The notes under the pieces: model-generated | What the model saw: the letters and a program-made list of their open reading frames with translations, nothing else | What the model was told of the DNA's origin: nothing | Database searches by the model: none | Source of the DNA: Lingula anatina | Taxonomy: Eukaryota; Animalia; Brachiopoda | Direction: 5' to 3' | DNA: 64,000 nucleotides | Assembly (NCBI GenBank): GCA_051362555.1 | Contig: CM120640.1 | Location: 11,408,001 to 11,472,000 of the forward strand | Translations under genes and position numbers: made by a program | Shown: positions 49,171 to 64,000 of the stretch, one piece after another | Numbering within the stretch: the first letter of the stretch is position 1 | Layout of the letters: the number at the start of each line of letters is the position of its first letter

Positions 49171-50314
49171 ATGGTGGACTGCGGCAACATACGCTGCGCA
49201 CAAGAAAGGCGGGCTTTTAAGAAAGATTTACTATCATGGACCAAAAAAATCCCATTAGCAGTAGGTGAGTAACTGCTCTTTCCAATGAGTTAAGTGTTTC
49301 ACGATTAAATATGTTTTTTCTGCTACAAATCGACCTCCAAAATCGAACCGGCTTTGTTGTCAAAATTTGGACCACAGGTGCGCTATTCACTTCAGCGCTT
49401 CCACCCCCACTGATCAATTGTGGTTCTCATCTTTGTTTTACGTTTCGTGATTAATTTGCAAGTGAAATATAGCCAGTCATATAACTTATCCATGTAATTT
49501 TCAGATCATTGTTATGTATTGGTACCTTACATTTGAAAAATAAATTATTAAATTTGGATTAATAATAGCCTTATTTTGACAAAGCATTGTTCTTACAATT
49601 AGAGCACTTTCTATTGACATAGGTTAACATGTGTGACGTCTGTAATATCAGGCAGCCATATTATTGTCTGTCACTGTTAACTGAGCCATGTATTTTTCAA
49701 AAATATAAAAAATCAGTATATTTTCAATGAATTAGCACTAAAGTGAAACCCTAGACTTGACCCTTAATGGACATAAAAACCCAAGGTCATGCTGCTGGAC
49801 ATGCTGGCAGTGATTCAAAATTGAACATTGTGAGTGTTCTTCAAACCTCAACTCATAAGCTAAAATTGATGTCCTGCAAACATTTCAAGTGTCAGTGTGA
49901 TGTTCAGGCAACCGCGCATTCCTTGATTAGAATTACTATTCCAGTTAATTAAGAAAGTCCAGGTCTTTTCTGAGGAAGCAAGTTGACAGTCGCTTAGTCA
50001 TACCACGAAATATTGATGATTATCAAAGTTATTGCAGTTACTGTGTAAAAAAACATCCACAGTAATTAGTTTTCTGTGAATTGATGAGGTCAGAACCATG
50101 ATAATGATATATCCATTATCTGTACATCTAAGCTTATTTCATCAGATTTCAAATTAGCATTGTAATATTGGGAAATCTATTTCCATAATCATTGTAAGTA
50201 GCCCAGATTGTTTTTAAAAGTTCTCTGTAGACTGTATTAACAGATGTTTTGAAAGACATAAGGTAGATTTTTTTTGTGCTCTTAAATTTTTTCTTTTTGT
50301 GTTTTGTACACACA

Positions 50315-50353
<39 letters not shown>

Positions 50354-53300
50354 ATGAGATTGGCCAATGGCTGTATACTTGTCACATTTCCTTTGCAGGT
50401 TTGGAAACAATAGCAAAAGAATTTGCAAGTAAGGATGTTATGGACAAGCTACTTGAGCCATTTAACAGTAAGCATATATTCCTTCCCATATGTTACTTCC
50501 ACAAAGTAGGTCCAGTAGTTCGCTTAATCCTTTAGATAAGTTTATCAAAATTCAGTATTTATATTTTATCAATTTTTATTCAGTACAGATAGCTATACAG
50601 TTGTTTTATTTTGCAGCAATGACTAAGTAAAAGCAGCAGGAGTTCTTTATAGAGATCAATTCGTATTTCTGTACAATTGATTTTTTAGTCTCAGAAGCTC
50701 TTTGGAAAATGTCCAGTTTCCTGTCAATTTAAGATAATTAGAAATCTGTTGTGACAGTTTCTATTTGTCATGATTTTCACCTAAAATATTATTGTATAGA
50801 ATTAATTTGGGTCACAAAGTAGAAGAATGAATTTTAATAACACAGTATACATTGCAGTTATACTGATAAAATTTAAAGACTTTTCTATTTGTTTTTTCTT
50901 TCTTTCTTCATTTGTTTTGAGATCCTTCATTTCTAATTTCTTACCTGGTTTTATCAGAAAAATAATATTTTAAAACAAAACCAGAATAATAGTTATAACT
51001 GTGACATCAGTCAAAGACCCTCACAGGGTATCTATAAATCAGGCCTACCCAACTACCAGACCCGACACGGAATGATCCCGAATTCACCGGTATATCGGAC
51101 CACACTAACTGTTTTCAAGGTGTGCATCAGTATGCATTTCGCAGTATCATACCCCGAACAAATTTTGAGTGGTGATGCATTAACCAACTGCTCTCTAACT
51201 TGCGGTGACATCATAATTTCATTTGAAAATTTGCTAAAATGCTTTTTAGTTCCCTTAAATAGGGAAGGGAAAATATACAAAGTGTATTTGTATAACTCTT
51301 TAAAATAAAATAATTATTTACGATGTACATATTCATACATTATGGTGGGTTTGTTTGCAAGTTTGCCTTTAGAATGAAGGTGGTTAGTTTTTTTGTTAAA
51401 ACTACACATAACCAACATTACCATATAACCTTTTTTTTTTCTTAAACTACATACACATAACCAACATTATCACATTACCAGATTTGACAATTAACTGCTT
51501 GAATGATGCTGTTGGTAAGACTAGTTTGGTTCAAGTTGGTCTGACTCCTTGGTGTGGACTTTCTACAATACTATTTCTTTTTCTCAAGAATATCTTATTG
51601 CTGGTATTAGTTATATGCTTTTTATCCACTTTTTAGATTTAGAGCCAGACACCGTCAAAGATTGGGAACCAGAGACAACCTGCCATTTCTGCTTTTCAAG
51701 GCTAAAATTCATGATTGTAAGTAACGAAAAGATGCAAATAAGATTTGAATACTGTACATTTTCACTACCTTTATATCATTTATATAAGTAATAAAAATAC
51801 TGTTTCCATCTGTGTTCAAGCAAATTCTGGACTTTGAAAGTTTGTTTTATTATAGATGATGCTTACAGTCAAGAGAATGCCAGTTTTAAGGTTGCAGATT
51901 TAGTAACAATGCATACATGGCTGTATTTGTAGAGTTTCTCAAACTGCCTGCAGATCTTATGGTTTGGTCAGCAGAATTTGTTGGATTTATCTGTAAGGAA
52001 TAAGATTTTCAATCATTACGTCTAGGGAACATTGGTGTTACATTTTTTTCCATTTGATAGAGTAGTGTAAAAAAACTTTTGCATCATTAAAACAAATGGA
52101 ATATAATGCACTTTTTCAATCACTATTTCAATTGTTATTTTTTTATTTAGCTGTTGTTTTGATGATGATAATTTTATGAAGAGTCCAGTAAAGCAGATTA
52201 CTAGTACATCATTGGTGTATAAAAAACCTTTCCTGAATCAGTTAAAAGTCTGACTCGTATTACCAGGCTGTTGCATGGGGGTAACACCAGTGAGACTAAA
52301 TCATTTTTTGTTAGATTAGCTTTGACTGGCCTTACCAGACACTCAAAAACTATGCATATATGTTAACTAAAATTTGTGCCCACAGGTAATATGAACAGAT
52401 TTGTACTTCCTTAATTAGCTTGTAAATGAACAATGTTTTTAATCAAGCAAGAGAGTGGATTAAGAGAGTGGATTAAGCTCTGGTTAAACAATGAAGGTAT
52501 TTCTGGTTAATACATTTCACTGAAAATATTGGATTATGATTTTTAATTTGATTTCTATAAATAACAATTATGAAAAGGTCATTTTAAGCTCAGTTTCTAT
52601 TACATTTTACAAAGCTTGGTTAAGGCTGGTTTGCAAATAAGAGGCCTACTAGAAATCAACACTCTAAAATTGTATGCAAAGTATAAAGAATATTCATACC
52701 ATAATTAATTTTAAATGTTGCACAAAGATATATATATTTTCAACATAATAGTTCTCAACACTTTTTGTGAAACTGATAAATGATGAAGTGAATCATTACA
52801 TTTTTAAAAAGAAAACTATCCCAAGTCTTAATATGAATAAAAGTTTTAAGTTGGAACAAAAATGAAAGAGTCAAAAAGGAAAGTGTTAGGTCTAACAATG
52901 TGCTTCATACTGTTTAAATGGAGCTGGTAGGATCTAATCACCTGTCATTAATATGCTGCTAAAATAGTGGCTCTTCCATTAAATAATGCACACCCCTATG
53001 CAGAGGTGACCTTTTGTATATCAGGTGCCATGATTAGTGCATGCCCTTGCTATGACAGCATTTGATAATTATCAGTATTGGAGATAGGTATTAAATGCAT
53101 GTTCAAGAACTTGTTACAATGGCCTTTAGAGAAGAAGTTGGGATCTTAGTTTAAGAGGAGGGTCTTTGAATCATTTTTGCCTGTTTATTTACTTATCTTT
53201 CATGATCACCTAAAATCCAAGGAATGGATAATGGAATAAAAAACAAAAGTGAAAAAAAAAAAAAAACAATAAAATCAATTAGGTGTGTGGGTTGTTATGA

Positions 53301-53781
53301 ATGTGGAAAAAAAGCACTTAAAGCAAACCTATCCATTAGCAGTGAACTGTTCCATAAGATGAACGACTGGTGAACTTTGATGACTGTCTAGTACATGTAA
53401 CGTGCCTGTCAGTTTTGTAATTAGTCTGGCCCTGTTCCCTTCTAGTAATCTTCAGTGGGTTATCAGCAGGTCAGTCTTGAGACAAAAGCAGAGTGTCTAG
53501 TATGGCTTTCTGTAGGATATTTTTGAAATGTAAGGCTGGTGATTGGTGGTTATGACAGAATTGAACAGATTGGGTTAGCTGATACTTGCATTGTTCTGAA
53601 ATTCAGACATGGCAAAAAATCTGCAGATGTTGCAGACACCAGGGCCTGCTAAAATCTAGGTATTACAGGCCTAGATTGTTGTTATATGTTATTATATTAT
53701 ATTATATATATATAATGTCTCTAAACATGATATGGAAAATAAGTGAAGTGTTTCCCTTATTGTCTTTTATTTTTCTAGGTC

Positions 53782-53829
<48 letters not shown>

Positions 53830-56098
53830 TTTTGAATGTCTGTTGTGGGAGAATATATATTTTGGTGTCATATTTAAATTATCTTTCATTATAGGAAACT
53901 GTAGAAAATGGAAGCTCAACCGAGGATGAAAGTTGTAACAGAACACGTGAAGACATTGGTATGTGATGAACCATTTCCTAAAAATGTAGTTTCACATTTC
54001 TTTTGATTCATGATTGAAAATGAAACACTTGTGGTTTTGAGTTAATAATTTTAATACTTTATTTATTTTTCACAATAAGGAAGCTAAATGCACATGATGA
54101 ATACTGTGTTATATGATCTAAAGCTAAGTCCACAGTACCTGTCAATGTGGGTGGCCATTTATGCCAGAGATTATGAGACTCTCAAAAACTAAAAAAGACC
54201 CTTGTTTGGAAAGTGTTATCAGCAATCATGGTTTGATTTTCTATCACCACTGAGTACAAAAATAAGTGTCTTGCTTGGAGATTATGCAACCTGTGGCTAA
54301 ATTGGGCCGATTTCCCCTTTGCAGGTATCCGTTATCTACGAGAACTACTTCCATCAGCATGTGCTCCTCTGTTTTTCCCAAATATAGAGCAAGAAGACAA
54401 TCAACCATTAGATTTGAGTGCTACATCCCAGGCTGCTAAATCACCAGGCAAATACACAGAAGAAAGTGCTGCAGTAACCAAACCTCCTGTGGAACTCAAG
54501 GTGCCCCAGATCAAGGTTAACACGAGGTGAGAGATATATATTATTTACACTGAACTATAGGGTGAATCTTTTTTAATATTTCATGATTAGCCAGAAGAAA
54601 AAGTAAAATTTAGTATTCTGATGGAAATTCATCTGTTTTATGTACTAATAATTATCATAAGTTTAAACTTTCATTTTCACAATTAAGTAATTGGGCAACA
54701 GATATCCGGTAAATATGGTGGGACTTTGTGTATAATGCATTTCAAGGTAAGTGCTTGTGTGGGCCTTTTGTTTAATAATTGAAATTTTTTCTTTTAAGCA
54801 GAAAGAAAGATACTGGGCGGAGAACATATACAGAAGAAGAATTGTCTGCTGCAGTAGATGACATACGCAGTGGCAAACTGGGCACACGTCGTGCAGCTTC
54901 TCTTTATGGCATTCCTAGATCAACACTCAGGAATAAGATATTCAAACTTGAACACAATGGGAACCATGGAAGTACGCATAGAACAGACCATTTCCACAGC
55001 CCTCCCAAGTCTGGGCACACAACAGACGAAGAAGAAGAGACATGCACTCTAGATCCTGAGGAAACTTGGCAACGCAAACTGGAACTTCTGCGACAAAAGC
55101 ATAACCTCAATCGTCATGTGCTAGAGTGGGATCAGGCCAATAAGCTGACAAATCCCTATGCTAATGAACTCAAGTTCCCATTCTTTCCTGATTTAGTGCG
55201 CAAAATGGCAGAAGATAGAATGCGCTCTGCTTCAGCTAATCCAGAATTGTCATCTGTATTGAGCATGCCAGAAACAGGAGCCAATAATTCTGCAAATGTA
55301 GAACTTAAAGTTCCGTCCTACAAGCCCATGTTCACCAATGGAGATGGTGAAGAGCCTTATGGACATTCCGCCTTGACTTCTGCTGGCAGCAAAATAGGAG
55401 AAACACTCAAAGATATCATAGCCAAGACAATATCAGAGAAGCTTCGTTCCCGCCTGGAATCCTCCTCGTCCTCTCAAGACATGGATCCACTAGTGCAATA
55501 TAGGCAGTCACAAGGTGCTTTGACAGATACCGATGAAAATACTCAAGAAAAACTGTCTGAAGGTCCAGTAGCAAAGAAACCCAGGTTGTCCACAAACTCC
55601 TCATCTCACCGTGGAAGCTTGATGCCTCTTAAGAAAACGCGTCCCAAGCGTGGTCAGTACCGCAAGTATAACAGCCAGTTGCTAATGGAGGCTGTACGTG
55701 CTGTGCAGCGTGGAGAGATGAGTGTACATCGTGCTGGAAGCTACTTTGGTGTTCCTCACTCCACATTGGAATACAAGGTAAAAGAGCGTCACTTGCTTCG
55801 CCAGAAGAAAATACAGGAGGCAAAGAGGCAGGCAGCTGCCACAGGGAGTGGAAATAGCAAAGATAGTGACTCCGACTCCAGTCCATCCAAGCGAGCATCA
55901 GAAGTTTTGTCGTCTTTTTCGGCAGCTCCAAGCACATTCCAGTCTTCATCTCTTATGAATGGTGGAAGTATGGAGACTTACAAGTACCATGGCTTCTCAG
56001 TCAATGCTTCAGCAACAGAGTTGCTTAGAAAATTGCAACAAAAAGTACAAGCCAAGTCCACACATTTACCCCAGAGTGAAAGCAAGTCCTTCAAGTGA
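49171..56098 (+). CDS. LCORL: Ligand-dependent corepressor-like transcription factor (LCOR/LCORL; Mblk-1/E93 family) with two Psq-type HTH domains
   Basis: Exons 49171-49264, 50399-50467, 51637-51716, 53895-53958, 54325-54526 and 54799-56098. The N-terminus CGNIRCAQERRAFKKDLLSW...VGLETI...DWEPETTCHFC is LCORL-like. CtBP-binding motif PLDLS. HTH1 RRTYTEEELSAAVDDIRSGKLGTRRAASLYGIPRSTLRNKI and HTH2 RPKRGQYRKYNSQLLMEAVRAVQRGEMSVHRAGSYFGVPHSTLEYKVKER. Confidence 0.92.
50318..50351. repeat. (CA)n microsatellite
   Basis: CA run in LCOR intron 1. Confidence 0.9.
53783..53830. repeat. (TTTA)n microsatellite
   Basis: About 12 TTTA units in an LCOR intron. Confidence 0.9.
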
Positions 56099-58787
56099 GG
56101 TGGTGCTACCACTTGAGCTGCAATACATTCAGTAAAGTATTATTGTTTGAATGACACTGATATTTTTGATGACTTTCTGGACTTTCAGAGCACAAAGTTG
56201 ATTATCTGTATCTGATGTTATGCTGTTTTAGAAAGCATATGGATGACAGTGGTGAAAGCTTATCAGTGTTGCCTTGAAATGTATGGTGATTAAATATTTG
56301 AAGCATTCCCTAGTCTGTATTGAGTAGAAGTCTTGCCAGAGAGTGGGACCATATTTATGCTATACTTTAGTGGACCTAAATCCAGTATGCATTTTCTACA
56401 ATTTGTAGATTTTACTGCAATGAATGAGTAGTTAAGGTTGTATTGGATTTTATTTTTGAGGAATACAAGAGGGGAATATATATTTTTTCAGTCTAGTCAA
56501 TATGTCTTATTCAAACTTTGGAAATGCTGCATCTGCTTTTGACCCTGACCCTTGTGTGCTAAGTTGATAGTCAAATTTTTTTAATGGTACCAGACAAATT
56601 GCTGTTGTTGCCATTAACACTCATGAAGTGTATCACCGAGTTGGTGACTGTGCAGTCAACTTTGAAAAATTTTTACTGTTTGCAATCTTTATATGAATGA
56701 AATTAATGTTTTTTTTTTAATGGTACCACAAGTAAGGATAAACTGCTTTTTATTTTTAGTCTTTTATTTTATTCTGTTTACAATTAATAGGTAATGCAGT
56801 ATGGCATTATTGATATAAGAAAAGACTAGGATTCAAGTTGGTGTTTGGATGTATAGGTTTAGGTTTTGAAAAGAGGATGTTGCTTGCAATTTGAATCTGC
56901 ACACTTTTACTATTATTAGGAGTGGTAATATTTACCCCTAGTTGTTACTATTTCTAATTTGTATAAAGCCTATTCTCATCTATCTTTTCTACCCATGGAG
57001 GGTAAGATGAGTCAAATGTTTTATATTGTATTTATTATCATGTCTTAAAATTCATTTTTGAGGATAACCAAATTTGGTTGAACTGCATATTGATATATAC
57101 TTGTTTACATGCTTTATTTTCTTTGGTGTTGTGAAGGTGCTAACTTTTGCTTTAAATACTATTTACTGACATTTCTATTATATAAGTAAATTGGATACTT
57201 TTTTGTTAATGTAACTATGTTGTTTTATATGCCATATAGCTTAATATAGTGAATGATCAGAACTCATTATTGGACATCTTCCCATCTGTGCCCAGCCTCT
57301 GATCAGCATACATAGCAAGTGCTATACGTCTCAAAATGTTGAGCAGAAATATTACTGACCAACTATATTTCACTCATCTGGGATTTTTTTTCCATTTTGT
57401 TGATTTGATCTCATTTTATTTTGTTATGTATTTCCCCTTATTCTTACAATTCTGGAGGGCCCAAAACACTTTTTGTTGTTATTGTTGTTGTTGTTTTTTC
57501 GATGTAGTTGTAAGCTCTGATGGTTTATTTAGACAAATGAAAGTAAAAGCACCTTGCAGAGTTTTGTACACAGAATCTCAAAGATTTGAAGTGTAGTTTG
57601 CTTAAGATGTGGTTATGTTTATAAAGTAAGTTATTAAATGTCTATGATATTATTTATTCATTCAGACCGGGTCTGAAGTATATAGGTTATATGTTCAAGT
57701 TAAACCCATTCTGTCCGTCTTACAAATCTTGCATTCAGTAACGCAATCAATGTGGGTGGATTTAGAGCACAATGTTAAAAAATCCCCCAACATGTATTAA
57801 GTAGAAAGGACAGATTTGATGTTTATCATGTCTCGGTAAATAAAACTGTCATTACGACTGAAAAAACAAAAATTGGGTTCTTATTTCTGAGAAGTGGAAG
57901 CATGACAACTTTCTACAGTATGTAATCCAACAAAAACAATATGCTGGTACAAGTTTTTTTTTTTTTTTTTTTTTTTACATTGTACCCCTGTAAATATGTG
58001 AACCATAGGTGAAAATTCTGCACTGAAAACTTGAAAAATAATACAGCTACAGAAACAATATGACCCATTTAAAAGTTGGCATTGTATATTTTAAGCTTAA
58101 AAAGCCCAATTAATATACATTAAAAAGAGAAATCGCTTAAACATCCAAATATGCGTTAAAAAATAGAATTTTTTTTGCTGTAAAATTCATTATAATTATG
58201 TTCTCGCCTAAAACATTTTAAATGTAAAAAATGTTTAATGTTGCCAAGGTACTTGGGATACTAATACATGGTGCAAAAGAAAAAAATCACTGGTTCATAT
58301 GCTATAAACGTGGACCAGAAGGGATCCCTTCAAAACTGTTACTCCAATGAAACTAAACAAGATTTCTAAATTCCTGCAAGGGAAAAACCACACTTCTACT
58401 TGCTATTTTACCCAAAATATAAAACATGCTTTTTGTCATTTTAACATTTAATATTCAATTCCTTAAATCGCTTTCCTGCACAATCATACCCTAGCCATGA
58501 TTTAATTAACACTTTTTCACACCTGTAAAGCCAAAGAGCAAATGTTCATTTGCAGTATAACTGTGAATATTGAACATTATTCACCACAGTAAATGCTAAA
58601 TTTGCCCTACTAGAGTCTTATTGCTCTTTGCAAGTTTCAGAATATTTTAGTTATATTGAAACTGCAAAGTTTGATCGTGACACATCTTTGAGTGTGTGAT
58701 TTCACACCATTTATCCAGCCAAGGCAGTGTCAATCAACTGGTTGCCAAACATCCTTCTTCTTATTCCTTACATAATGTAGTCTTACT

Positions 58788-61700
58788 TCATGTGCTTGGA
58801 AACATGCCTTGCTCTATCCTCAGGTCTACCATGGACTGGTTGTCAGAGATCTTTAGTGTCTGAAAGGGAGGAAATGAATGACTTGAAGTCCACAGATCGC
58901 ACAATATCTAGACTGGGTTTTCTAATTTCCGTTTCCTGATTTTCTTGCAAAAGTGATCACTTCTTTAAAGCTAGCTTAAATACTGCTTTAACAATTAAGA
59001 GGAAGATATACTCATTACATATACCTATTAATTATTTACCTTTTCATTTGCTAAATGCAATAAACACACAAATGCAATGGGTACACTGAGATTCTTAGCC
59101 ATATGTCGAGACACTTTTTTTGGAAGCTCATGGAGGAGGGACTGGAATGAATGTTCACCACAAACTTGTTTTTTCAACTGGTCTCCTTCTCCTTGGTTCT
59201 CCTAAATAATAAAAATAAGGAAATTAAAGGAATGTAACATGAATCTCTCAAGTTAAGACTAGGAGCAATATCAAATATAAAAACATGCATATAAACTATT
59301 CCAAATACGTTGTGTGTTAGCACTTGCCTATATTTTTTACCAATAAAGCATATCAAGTAATATTTTAATGTAAAACTTAATAGAATAGGATCAAACCTTA
59401 TTATCTTCACCCGTGCTAGTCAACAGGTTCCAAATGCCAGCCTTTAACTTTTTCACATCTATTTTCTTGGCTGTTTTAGCATAGGAAATGTCAATCTTTG
59501 CCACCTAGAAAAATGTGAAAGGTGTAAAAATTATCACTGCATCAGGCATAAGAACATTTAACATATAGATTTTCTGGCTAGAACTACATGTCCAAAGTAT
59601 TTTCAAGATTTTCCAGAATAGCCTTACTTGCGGTCCCTTATATGAATAATAAGCATTCACAAACAGAATGGTACAAGAAATATATATAAAATAATCAGTT
59701 CTCTAAAATTATGTATACATTTTACTATTTGCTCTAAAACTGTACATACCCTATTAGGCTGAGCTACCAAATTGTCTCCTGCCAGTATAGTACCATTCAT
59801 TACACTGTCATTGGCCAGGAAGCTACCTTGTGATGTGTCTTGGGAAATGTGACTGTACTCACTGGGACCAGAACTCAAGTTAAAACCGCCACCAAGGTCA
59901 TCATCATCATCATCGTTGTCATTTGCCCCCTGTAATAAAGAATATGTAAATACCATTTACCATTTAGTAGGGCTTCTGTTACAGCAATAATAACAACTGC
60001 ATGTAATACTTGTCTTAACTATATCTGTGACCATGCATGGCCAAATCAGTACAACATATCAGCCATCTGAAGTAATATGTGAAAAATATGTAATTATGCT
60101 TCTTTTCAAATACTGTTATGTTTTGAGTGCAATTACCTCACATTGGCCAGTAAATGAACAAGATCAAAACAACAAAGAACTTACATCAATTCCTGGGCAA
60201 TAATTTTCTCTGTCATTCGCATTATCATAGTCATAATTTTCAATACCATCATCCACATCCCCTGATGTGTTCAACTGTCTTTTCACCTGGAAATTCAAAC
60301 AAACAAAACAACAGAATGATAAAGTAAGCTTTTAAGACATTCACACATTTCATCAAAATATGATAATATTAAACTACTCTAAATGACTGTTTATAAAAGA
60401 AATATAGTTACAGAAGGAGAGTTAAATTTCATAGCAACCATACAATATATCTTTATCCCTGATTCTCATTAAATAATATCAAATAATTTCAAACAGCAAA
60501 AAGCTCGTTGTCTTATTTTGAGTAGTAACATTTCTCGAGCAAAGAAAAATCCTTATCCGGACTATAAAAATCTTTGCTAAGCTTTCCACAGAAAAAAGTA
60601 TTAGAGTGTTGAATAGGTCATTTCAAGTCATAAGTCACATCAATTCAAAAATCTAAGTAAAGCTGATCACCCACCATAACTCTTTCCTTCATGAATAACC
60701 TGAACAATGTTTCAGCTTCATAATGTAAGTCTTCAGGCAATGTAGTTTGACTTTTACTGTACTTCTCTAAGGTTGCCTTTGTAAGTGTTGTTGCAGCCCT
60801 GGACTCCTTGAAATATGAATCAAAGTCAACCTCCTGGTCATAGTCAAGTCTGAAAGCTTGTTTCTTCTCTTTGTTCTTTCGTGTTGTGTCTCCTCTGCTG
60901 ACACTGTACTTTGATTCTAAAGAGCAAAGAAAATGATAAAGAAATTAATCTCAATTGTTTTCAAAATAAGTCTACCATCTGATTAGCTAATAATAATAAT
61001 AATAATAATAATTGGTCAAACTGCTGCATTTCAATCTTATACTTTTAGAAGCTACATAAGTTTTGAAAACAAATTCAAGCAGTTAAAGAAAAGTACTACT
61101 AAGGCAAATAGAAAGTCAAACTTTATTTCTCTACTAATATACTCCTTCAATCAAAAAAAAAAAAAAAAATTACAAAGAATAATATGAAATACCTTTAGAC
61201 TGAGGTCTAAGTTTCCAATGATCTGGTCCAGCCCAAGTCTGTAATAAATCTGTGTTGAAATATGAATACTCCCCTGGTTCTGCTGCTAGCACCTGCAGCA
61301 AAGTACCTATTGTTCCATGTCTAATCAAAAAAGAGAAATATCATGTGATGGCACATTACTAATAATATCTATGCAAAAAAGACTTACATCCGATCAAACT
61401 TATATTTTAATAGCACATTTCATCAAATCATAAAAATGCATTGTGAAATCTTTTATTAAAAAGTTACAGTGGTCATTGGTCTTAATCAGTCAACATCTGA
61501 TATCAGATATGAAAGACGGACTGTGCGATCAAAACATTGCATAAATATTTCCACATACTGTTTTGCATGCACCACTCACGTGATATTACTAATGGCACTA
61601 TGCACCAGCTTGGCTTCTGTTCCATCTCCTATACAAACTGATGGCTCTCCTCTTGTACTGCTGCCATATGAATCATTTCCTGAAGAATTGGTTTTCATGT

Positions 61701-63784
61701 AAGAGATAATAAATAGGGTATGCAAACAAATGAAAATAATTTAACTATGTTTAGTGCATTCATATGATTACTTGACTACATTCTATGCATGACCCTCACA
61801 GTTTTTGTCTAATTCCATTTCAGCCATATGTCTCACCTGCATCATTATATTCATCTCCAAAATCATCGTCCATTAAATCTCCTGCAGTTTCACCAGCCCC
61901 TGTGCCAGGTATTGGCTCGTGTTCAGCATCTATGTCAAATGCATGGTCTCCCCTTCCAAGCTGATGGAACATGCTGCTTGAACTGTCCTGAAATGTAGAA
62001 ATCAACAGGAAGAATTTTGGACAGATTTTTAAATTCAACAATGCCATACAACATCCTTTGAAGGAAGAGTTTCTTCACAAAACACTTAAGTGTGTGTGGA
62101 GGGGGTGGGGGTGTGGGGGTGTGCGCATGCGTATGTGTGTAAAAATAGTCTGATAAAGGTGGTGTCCAACTTGATCTGCATTTAACCAGACAGTACCTCA
62201 TATTTTAAATAAAATATACTGACAATGGCCTTGTTATTTCAAGAAAGTCAAGTATTCACCTCAGAATCTTTGTTCCAGTTAGTGAATTCAAAGTCTGCAA
62301 ACAGTGGACAAATCTGAAGAGACTGGAGATTAACACCCTGGTACAAATCTGCAGAATACACAAATTATATTAACATGAGGAAAAACATCTTAAAACATCT
62401 ATAATCATTTCACAAAGACTTTGTTTTCAAAAAATATTTTAACTGATAAATCTTAAATAAGAATGTGCTTTATCCATTTCTTGTGTTTTTATTTAAATAA
62501 CAAAACACCTGAACATGCTAATTCTAGGCATTGATTGATTTGAGTATTAAAACTAACCTTTGAATTCCTGAAGATCAACTGCCTGAGTCCTCCTGTTGTT
62601 TTGTGTTGTGTCTCTCGTGCCCATAAGCACAGTATTAGAGTCCAAAACCAATTCTGAGGAGTCATCCATACACCTCAGGTGGTTCAACAACAGCCCACTG
62701 GTGCCTCCTTCATCAAATGCTGCAGAAGTCTTTTGGAACAGGGGGTCAACCTTACAATAAGAGAAACTTCTCAACTGTTGCTGTCCTTTAACATAATTGG
62801 CAAGTGCACAGGGTACAATTAAATCATCAAAACTTCTTACATTCATGCTGATCAAAAAGGACTATATCCTCATTTCAGGTAAATGATTGGGTCAAAAAAT
62901 CTGATATCAGACTAGTAACATTATGAAAATCCTTATTAATGTAACAGTGCTTGTATACAAAATCAATTCTCACCTCAAATTCCAAATCAAATTTGCTGAC
63001 ATTTATATTCTTAAGATTTTGCTCCACTGTGTTGCTCTTCCTGGCCTATAAAAAAAAAAAAAAACAAAGTATTGTCATGATGGAGCAACAAATCTGTATA
63101 CTTTAAAAAATTGAATAATCATAATCAAAGAACACTACACTTATTTAATCTAGGAATACATTCTTTCTTAATAATTTCTGGAATGTCTTTTATTGAATTA
63201 TTGTTATCATGTATAAATTATTTTTCAATTTCTAAGAAGTACATCAAATCCTCTAAAAGAATTTTTGTCAAGGGGAAACAAAGCAAGTATAGTAACTCAT
63301 GTAGTGGGAATCATCTGAGATAGCCTAAAATGAGGCTGTCGGCACTGCACAATGTGGTACATGACTAGTAAACTTGCAAGAGTCCGCGTCAAGTGTGCTG
63401 AACATTTTAGCAATAAGGGGGAAATTGTGTGTCAGAAATGTCTTAGAAAAGAATACAAAAGTGACAAACAAAACAAGATGAATACCAACTGCTGTGCAAC
63501 AGATTGTAATTCTACAGTACTTTAGAGAAATATCAATGGACAAATTCTGTCAGCTTTATTTGTCACCGTGCCATATTTGTCAGTCTTCCATTATTTCCAA
63601 CTTCATTCTCTTCTATATTCTGTAAAATCTAGCTTTATTTTAATGCTAAGTTCCAAGACTTTAGCTTATGTCATATGATTCCCATTAATGAACAATGTAA
63701 TAAAAGTAAAAAATTCACCCTCTTTCTTTTTTTATTCAAGTCTTCTTCTTGATCAGCATCTTCAGGCACATCCCCATTTTTTTC
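58788..63784 (-). CDS. NCAPH: Condensin I kleisin subunit CAP-H (barren); 5' part beyond the window end
   Basis: Exons encode NTVEQNLKNINVSKFDLEFE, VDPLFQKTSAAFDEGGTSGLLLNHL, GEYSYFNTDLLQTWAGPDHWKLRP, TLPEDLHYE, GDNLVAQPNR, VAKIDISYAKTAKKIDVKKLK and NLSVPIAFVCLLHLANEK. TGA at 58788-58790. Confidence 0.95.
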
Positions 63785-64000
63785 TGCAAAACAATTATGC
63801 ATTCCAAAATAAACCAAAATTTGTCACAGAAAGGTATCAACAAATTACAACATTCAAGGACTGCTTTATAGTTAAATTCAACTCAATAATGCTAAGAGAC
63901 TCAATGTCTTATTTATTCATCAGCCAAATCAATATTTAACTGGTGTAGACATTTTTCACATGAACAAAAACTGCCAGTGCAGTATGTCTAGGTTCTTTTT

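Noticed and set aside
51043-51270. CpG-rich patch in an LCOR intron as an RNA gene or intact MITE (similar patches at 32205-32390, 32512-32646, 63325-63600)
   Set aside because: No tRNA or snoRNA structure and no convincing TIR/TSD pair. Probably decayed repeat fragments that cannot be classified by eye.

Overview
AT-rich, intron-rich animal genomic DNA, probably a lophotrochozoan such as a mollusc (inferred from gene and repeat content). The short ORFs in the track are mostly exon fragments or noise. Manual splicing gives seven genes in strictly alternating orientation: DCTN1 (-, 3' part outside the window), DUSP11 (+), R3HCC1/R3HCC1L-like (-), an unnamed 19-exon gene (+), MORN4 (-), LCOR/LCORL/E93-like (+) and NCAPH (-, 5' part outside the window). 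The main result is the unnamed gene (25104-44899, about 924 aa). It encodes two tandem putative beta-grasp repeats, a TIR domain with the catalytic Glu, a second TIR with Gln at that position, and a C-terminal SLOG nucleotide-binding domain. These are the signal-making and signal-sensing domain types of bacterial Thoeris, here fused in one spliced animal gene. Second, the R3HCC1-like gene appears to start at a CUG in strong Kozak context, at the position of the known human CUG start, just downstream of a short uORF. The introns hold two inverted copies of a Helentron-type non-autonomous element with 146-bp tandem arrays, an Academ-like foldback element and several MITEs. All calls come from manual reading and translation; no database searches were run.
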